Below, piece after piece: positions 58,987 through 64,000 of a stretch of DNA of 64,000 nt. The stretch comes from Candidatus Moraniibacteriota bacterium (GTDB taxonomy: Bacteria; Patescibacteriota; Minisyncoccia; Moranbacterales; UBA1568). The position numbers were made by a program, and so were the translations under genes. A model generated the notes under the pieces. That model worked only from the letters and a program-made list of their open reading frames with translations. It did no database searches and was not told the DNA's origin. The stretch's first letter is position 1. Each line of letters begins with the position of its first letter. Where the stretch lies: positions 3,438 through 67,437 of the forward strand of contig CAIOMK010000059.1 of the NCBI GenBank assembly GCA_903859375.1, in the 5' to 3' direction.

Positions 58987-60000
58987 ATGCTTACCTCACC
59001 GGAAAAAAGCGAACCCGAAGACATCATACTGGAAACGACATTGCGTCCCGGTTCCTTTTCGGAATACGTCGGACAAGAAAAAATCAAGCGCAATCTCGGT
59101 ATTTTCATCGAGGCGGCCAAACGACGAGGTGAAAGCGTCGATCACGTTCTCCTCTACGGGCCGGCAGGACTCGGTAAAACGACACTCGCCAATATTATCG
59201 CACGCGAAATGGGAGTGAACATCCGCGTCACTTCAGGACCGGCGATAGAGCGCGTCGGGGATCTCGGGTCCATCCTGACAAATCTCGAAGAAGGCGATGT
59301 ATTGTTCATTGACGAGATCCACCGTCTCAATAAGACGATCGAAGAAGTGCTCTACCCCGCCATGGAGGACTACAAACTCGATATCATCATAGGTAAAGGC
59401 CCTTCCGCGAGAACCATCCAGCTCGACCTTCCCAGATTCACACTCGTCGGTGCGACCACCCGGCTCGGATCCATATCGAATCCGCTTCGGAACCGTTTCG
59501 GCACGACGAGCCGTCTCGAGTTCTATGAGCATGACGAGATGAAGAAAATCATCACCAGATCGGCACGGATACTCGGTGTCGAACTCGGTGACGGTGGTGC
59601 CGATGCGATCGCCGCCGCGAGCAGGCAGACACCGCGCGTCGCGAACCGCCTCTTGAAAAGAGTCAGGGACTTCGCGGAGATCAACGAGCGCACGATCATC
59701 ACGAGAGAGGTCGCACGCGAAGCGCTCACATTGTTCGAGGTGGACGAGATCGGTCTCGAGCCGACAGACAGGGCCATCCTGAGGGCTATCGCAAAGAAAT
59801 TCAACGGAGGACCAGCCGGCATCCAGGCCATAGCCGCCGTTACCGGCGAAGAAACCGAAACTATCGAGGACGTCTATGAGCCATACCTCATCCAGCTCGG
59901 CTTCCTGATCCGTACCCCGCGAGGACGGGTCGTCACGCCGGACGGGTTTATCCATATCGGGCTTCCCATTCCGGAAGACCACCAATCAAAACTCCTATGA
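58987..60000 (+). CDS. ruvB: Holliday junction branch migration helicase RuvB
   Basis: [29 protein letters not shown]. Confidence 0.97.
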   Translation: MLTSPEKSEPEDIILETTLRPGSFSEYVGQEKIKRNLGIFIEAAKRRGESVDHVLLYGPAGLGKTTLANIIAREMGVNIRVTSGPAIERVGDLGSILTNLEEGDVLFIDEIHRLNKTIEEVLYPAMEDYKLDIIIGKGPSARTIQLDLPRFTLVGATTRLGSISNPLRNRFGTTSRLEFYEHDEMKKIITRSARILGVELGDGGADAIAAASRQTPRVANRLLKRVRDFAEINERTIITREVAREALTLFEVDEIGLEPTDRAILRAIAKKFNGGPAGIQAIAAVTGEETETIEDVYEPYLIQLGFLIRTPRGRVVTPDGFIHIGLPIPEDHQSKLL

Positions 60001-60248
60001 TCGGCATCATCAATCTTCTCTATCTCGTCCTTATCATCGGTATCTCCGCTATCGGGTTGTATATCTGCTATCATATTCTCCGGTACTCCCTCTCCAAGCA
60101 GAATGCCGTCATCACTACGTTTGTCTTCGCGACACTTTTTCTTTTTTTCCTCTTCACCAACGTCATTCTTTTTTTCCGGATCGATTGGGACAGGCTATTA
60201 GGCAGCGCCGGATCGTTCACTTCGTTCCCCTCGTCATATTCCCGTTAA
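59997..60248 (+). CDS. small hypothetical membrane protein (2 TM)
   Basis: ATGA overlap with ruvB; hydrophobic. Confidence 0.7.
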   Translation: MIGIINLLYLVLIIGISAIGLYICYHILRYSLSKQNAVITTFVFATLFLFFLFTNVILFFRIDWDRLLGSAGSFTSFPSSYSR

Positions 60249-60257
60249 CACACTTCT

Positions 60258-60827
60258 ATGCTCAACCTTTCAAAAGTACGCTTTCCCGGCAAACATGATG
60301 AGGAACAGGTCCTTGCGGTGTACCACCGTCATTGGTTCGATCTTTTTATACACCTTTTTCTTTCGGTTTTTCTTTCCGTTCTCCTTCTGGGAGGCTTCCT
60401 CATCATGCCGAGCTTCTTTCCGGAGATTGCAGGCGGCCCGAATGCGGCATTCTTTTTCTTCCTGGAGAATTCCTTCCTGCTGTTTCTGTGGATCACCTTG
60501 TTTCTCATCTGGATCGACATCTATTTCGATGTCTGGATAATCACCAATGAACGCATCGTGAACATCGAACAGAAAGACCTGTTCACGAGACGCGTGAGTG
60601 AACTCCGTTTCCACACGATTCAGGATGTGACGAGCGAGGTCAGCGGTATTATACCGAGCATCCTTGATTTTGGTGACGTACTCGTCCAGACGGCAGGCGA
60701 AAATCCCCGGTTTATCTTTCATAATATTCCCAATCCGGTCGGAGTGAAGGATCTCATCATGAAACTCGCTGAAAGAAGAGGCGGATCAGCCACAAAGACG
60801 CAAAGGGCCGATGCCCGGGTTATTTGA
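60258..60827 (+). CDS. bacterial PH (bPH_2-like) domain membrane protein
   Basis: Two TM helices followed by WIITNERIV.IEQ...IQDV...FGDVLVQTAG. Confidence 0.8.
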   Translation: MLNLSKVRFPGKHDEEQVLAVYHRHWFDLFIHLFLSVFLSVLLLGGFLIMPSFFPEIAGGPNAAFFFFLENSFLLFLWITLFLIWIDIYFDVWIITNERIVNIEQKDLFTRRVSELRFHTIQDVTSEVSGIIPSILDFGDVLVQTAGENPRFIFHNIPNPVGVKDLIMKLAERRGGSATKTQRADARVI

Positions 60828-60890
60828 GTTTTCTACCGATACGGGATACCATACGTAGTCGTACGTCGTAAATTATTGGTAGCTCATGTT

Positions 60891-61610
60891 ATGTCAGGAC
60901 ACTCCCATTGGGCAGGCATCCGCCACAAAAAAGCTCTTACCGACACGAAGCGGTCTTCCGTTTTCACGAAGCTCGGCAATATGGTATCCATCGCCGCCCG
61001 CCATGGTGGGGATCCGAACATGAACTTCCGGCTTCGGCTTGCCATCGATCAGGCGCGGGCTGCGAACATGCCCAAAGACCGTATTGAAAAAGCTATCAAG
61101 AAGGGCACCGGAGAGTTGAAAGATGGCACTGATTTCGAGGAACTCATTTATGAGGCGTATGGCCCCGGACAGGTAGCCCTCCTTATTGGAACCGCGACAG
61201 ACAACCGGAATCGGACTTTCGGGGAGATTCGCACACTTCTTACGAAGAATGGTGGGAAAATAGTTCCGGAAGGGTCTGTTTCTTTTCTTTTTCGAGAAGT
61301 GGGTGAGATAGAACTCTCACTCGACAAACATTCTGTCGATGAGGCTGAAATGCTCGCGATAGAATCCGGTGCGGAAGATGTCGAACCGACACCCGACTCA
61401 CTTTTTGTCTACACGAAGCCGGAAGACCTCCAGGCTGTGAAAGAATCCCTCGAAAAGGAAGGCCTCCGCGTCATCTCAGCGACACTCTCCCGACTCCCTC
61501 TTCAAAAAGCGACCCTATCGCAGGAAAATATCGAGATGTTCGAGCGTTTGCTTGAAATTCTTGAAGATCATCAGGACGTCCAGATGATATGGGACAATCT
61601 TGAAGCATGA
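60891..61610 (+). CDS. yebC: YebC/PmpR family protein
   Basis: MSGHSHWAGIRHKK, NMPKDRIEKAIKKG, YEAYGPG, TDNRNRT. Confidence 0.95.
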   Translation: MSGHSHWAGIRHKKALTDTKRSSVFTKLGNMVSIAARHGGDPNMNFRLRLAIDQARAANMPKDRIEKAIKKGTGELKDGTDFEELIYEAYGPGQVALLIGTATDNRNRTFGEIRTLLTKNGGKIVPEGSVSFLFREVGEIELSLDKHSVDEAEMLAIESGAEDVEPTPDSLFVYTKPEDLQAVKESLEKEGLRVISATLSRLPLQKATLSQENIEMFERLLEILEDHQDVQMIWDNLEA

Positions 61611-61691
61611 GGTTTCAAGAGAAAACGGACCATTCTCTGTCCGGAAATTCAGGATTACATCTATTTACGCTTTCTTTTTAGGTTTTTCAGT

Positions 61692-62186
61692 ATGAAAATC
61701 ATCGGCATCGATCCCGGGACGGCGATCATAGGGTGGGGTATCGTCGAGGAGCGGGGTGGGAACCTCACGCCGGTCGCCTACGGACATATCACCACGGCAA
61801 AAGGTACCGATCCAGCGGACCGTCTCTGCACGCTTGCCGATGAGCTTGAAAACATACTCAAGCTTCATATTCCGGATGAAGCCTCCGTCGAGGAGCTTTT
61901 CTTTTCAACGAACGCAAAAACAGCCATTTCCGTCGCTCAGGCTCGTGGCGTTATCCTCTTGACTCTTCGCCGATTTGGTGTTACTATTGCCGGTTACACC
62001 CCGAATCAGGTCAAGCAATCGGTGACCGGCTACGGTGGCGCGGACAAGAAACAGATACAGATGATGACAAAAAACATTCTCCATCTTTCCGAGATTCCTA
62101 AACCGGACGATACGGCGGATGCGCTCGCTATCTCCATCTGTCATGCGTTCTCGCGCAAATCACGTCGAATTCTCGCCGAATCGTAA
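61692..62186 (+). CDS. ruvC: crossover junction endodeoxyribonuclease RuvC
   Basis: IIGIDPG, VEELFF, QARGV, DDTADALA. Confidence 0.96.
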   Translation: MKIIGIDPGTAIIGWGIVEERGGNLTPVAYGHITTAKGTDPADRLCTLADELENILKLHIPDEASVEELFFSTNAKTAISVAQARGVILLTLRRFGVTIAGYTPNQVKQSVTGYGGADKKQIQMMTKNILHLSEIPKPDDTADALAISICHAFSRKSRRILAES

Positions 62187-62256
62187 CAGCCTTCTTCTTG
62201 CGGAGTCGCGCTCATACGAGGATAATGAAAGAATGAATATCATATAATGTAATCGT

Positions 62257-62913
62257 ATGGAATACAGTCCGATCACGCAATTTATCGTTGACCAGAATGT
62301 GCCGGCGCAGACGATGGCACTTCTCTTACTGCTTCCGGTCGTCGCGACACTCGCATCTTTCTTCCGCCAAGTCGTCGGCATCAAGGCGTTCGGCATATAC
62401 ACGCCGTCGATCATCACGTTCGCACTCCTCGCCTTCAACCCGAACGGCCTCAAATACGGCATCGCCGTCTTTACGAGCGTCATCTTCATCGGCATGGTCA
62501 CACGGTATATCCTGCGCCGATTCCGTCTCCTGTATCTCCCCCGTGTCGCGATAACACTCTCGGTCATCTCTTTCGCTATGTTGGGCATCCTTATTCTCGG
62601 CGGATCCTTCAACCGGACCGGCCTTGCCGGCGTATCGATTTTCCCCCTCCTTATCATGATCACCATTACCGAGAAATTCGTGGCCGTACAGATTGAGAAA
62701 GGAACACGAGCCGCATTGATTCTCGCCATCGAAACACTCGGCATATCACTGGTCGGCTATTTCCTCATTTCATGGCCATCATTTATCTCATTCATACTCG
62801 CGTACCCATGGACCGTTCTGTTCACCATTCCGCTCAATGTCCTCCTCGGAAAATGGACCGGCCTTCGTCTTACCGAATATCTTCGATTCGCCCGCGTATT
62901 GAGCCAGAAATAG
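62257..62913 (+). CDS. 7TM protein of the type usually associated with inactive transglutaminases
   Basis: LLLPV...RQVVGIKAFGIYTP...LLYLPR...FPLLIMITITEKF...GLRLTEY. Confidence 0.82.
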   Translation: MEYSPITQFIVDQNVPAQTMALLLLLPVVATLASFFRQVVGIKAFGIYTPSIITFALLAFNPNGLKYGIAVFTSVIFIGMVTRYILRRFRLLYLPRVAITLSVISFAMLGILILGGSFNRTGLAGVSIFPLLIMITITEKFVAVQIEKGTRAALILAIETLGISLVGYFLISWPSFISFILAYPWTVLFTIPLNVLLGKWTGLRLTEYLRFARVLSQK

Positions 62914-62915
62914 CT

Positions 62916-64000
62916 ATGTTCGCACTGCTCAAAAACAGCCGGGAGCTTCTCGGTATGAACGAACGCAATCTCACATACGTCCGTCCGCTCAACAAACGGC
63001 GTGGTCGTGAGTTTGCCGACAATAAACTTATCGCGAAACGACTTCTCCGAAAAAACGGCCTCCCCGTTCCAGCGCTCATTACTCGTATACGGACACATGC
63101 CGAACTTGAAAATTTCAATTGGGAAACCCTTCCTGAAAGTTTCGCCCTCAAACCGAATCGTGGGTTTGGCGGTGAGGGTATCCTTATCGTATACGGACGC
63201 AAGCGCAACCGGACTGACGCATGGGTCAAGGCGAGTGGATCGATAGTGACCACAGAGGACCTCAAGGCGCACATACGCAACATCCTTGACGGCTCATTCT
63301 CTCTCACCAACACTCCCGATATCGCCTTTTTTGAGGAACGCCTCAAACTTCTCAAGCTTTTCAAACCATACGCGTATCGTGGCATTCCCGATATCCGAGT
63401 CATCGTATTCAATCGCGTTCCCGTCATGGCGATGCTGCGTCTCCCGACCAGGGATTCCGACGGCAAGGCAAATCTCCAACAGGGTGCCATCGGAACCGGT
63501 ATCGACCTCGCGACCGGAACCACCACAAGCGCGGTAGTCGGCAAATCCCACATCATAGAATACGTACCGAAAACGCGCCTTGCCCTGTCGGGTATCCGTA
63601 TTCCGTATTGGAATGAGATTCTCCGTATCGCCGTCGAATCACAGGCTGTTTCCGGTCTTGGGTTTCTTGGGGCGGACATCGCTATCGACCGCGACCGTGG
63701 TCCCGTACTTCTCGAACTCAACGCCCGTCCAGGACTCTCCATACAGATAGCGAACCTCTCCGGCCTCAAAAGCCGACTTAATCGGGTAAAAGGACTGAAG
63801 GTTAAAACGACCGAGCGGGGTATCTTATTGGGGAAGAATCTTTTCGGCGGGGAAATCGAGGAAGAAATTGAGGAATTGTCCGGAAAACGCGTCATCGGAT
63901 CGATAGAAAAGGTCAAACTTATCGGTAAAGACGGAAAAGAAATCATCGTCGATGCCAAAATCGATACCGGTGCAGATTCGACGTCGATCGATACCGAACT
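62916..64000 (+). CDS. alpha-L-glutamate ligase-like (ATPgrasp_ST) protein fused to a retropepsin-like RimK-associated protease domain; runs off the window edge
   Basis: Manual translation: MFALLKNSRELLGMNERN...KPNRGFGGEG...ANLQQGA...ELNARPGL...DAKIDTGADSTS. Confidence 0.82.
   Translation, partial: MFALLKNSRELLGMNERNLTYVRPLNKRRGREFADNKLIAKRLLRKNGLPVPALITRIRTHAELENFNWETLPESFALKPNRGFGGEGILIVYGRKRNRTDAWVKASGSIVTTEDLKAHIRNILDGSFSLTNTPDIAFFEERLKLLKLFKPYAYRGIPDIRVIVFNRVPVMAMLRLPTRDSDGKANLQQGAIGTGIDLATGTTTSAVVGKSHIIEYVPKTRLALSGIRIPYWNEILRIAVESQAVSGLGFLGADIAIDRDRGPVLLELNARPGLSIQIANLSGLKSRLNRVKGLKVKTTERGILLGKNLFGGEIEEEIEELSGKRVIGSIEKVKLIGKDGKEIIVDAKIDTGADSTSIDTE

Noticed and set aside
62870-63958. 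362-aa minus-strand ORF, and similar long antisense ORFs such as 20773-21576 and 27948-28925
   Set aside because: Shadow ORFs opposite well-supported genes in GC-rich coding sequence.

Overview
Bacterial chromosome segment, most likely from a Patescibacteria/CPR (Parcubacteria-like) organism. This is inferred from gene content: PrgI/VirB4/VirB6 cluster, DUF4446, TrmB pair, tandem-ATPase PilB, degenerate DHH protein, and core genes lacking Shine-Dalgarno motifs. Housekeeping genes include infB, a CCA-type nucleotidyltransferase, tRNA-Pro, tRNA-Leu, an Xer recombinase, pcrA, murE, a femX-like gene, ruvA/B/C, rpsT, holA, polA, tsaE and yebC. Also present: (i) a T4SS-like cluster (6.7-20.5 kb) with a nonsense codon in one conserved gene and a ~600-bp mosaic repeat with G-quadruplex potential; (ii) a complete NAD-salvage regulon (nrtR-nadR-pnuC / nadM-Nudix-nadV) with palindromic operators visible in the sequence; (iii) the most unusual element, a ~5-kb minus-strand locus (30.99-35.93 kb). 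There, unrelated orphan ORFs are separated by two recurring structured repeats with compensatory substitutions (a double hairpin followed by a boxA-like/RBS block, and a pseudoknot-like motif), and a ~690-nt densely base-paired non-coding segment lies within the locus; (iv) tRNA-3'-end tandem repeats; (v) a ~280-nt promoter- and terminator-bounded rod-like RNA (6S-like) upstream of a SET-domain gene. All structure calls were made by eye, and no database searches were run.
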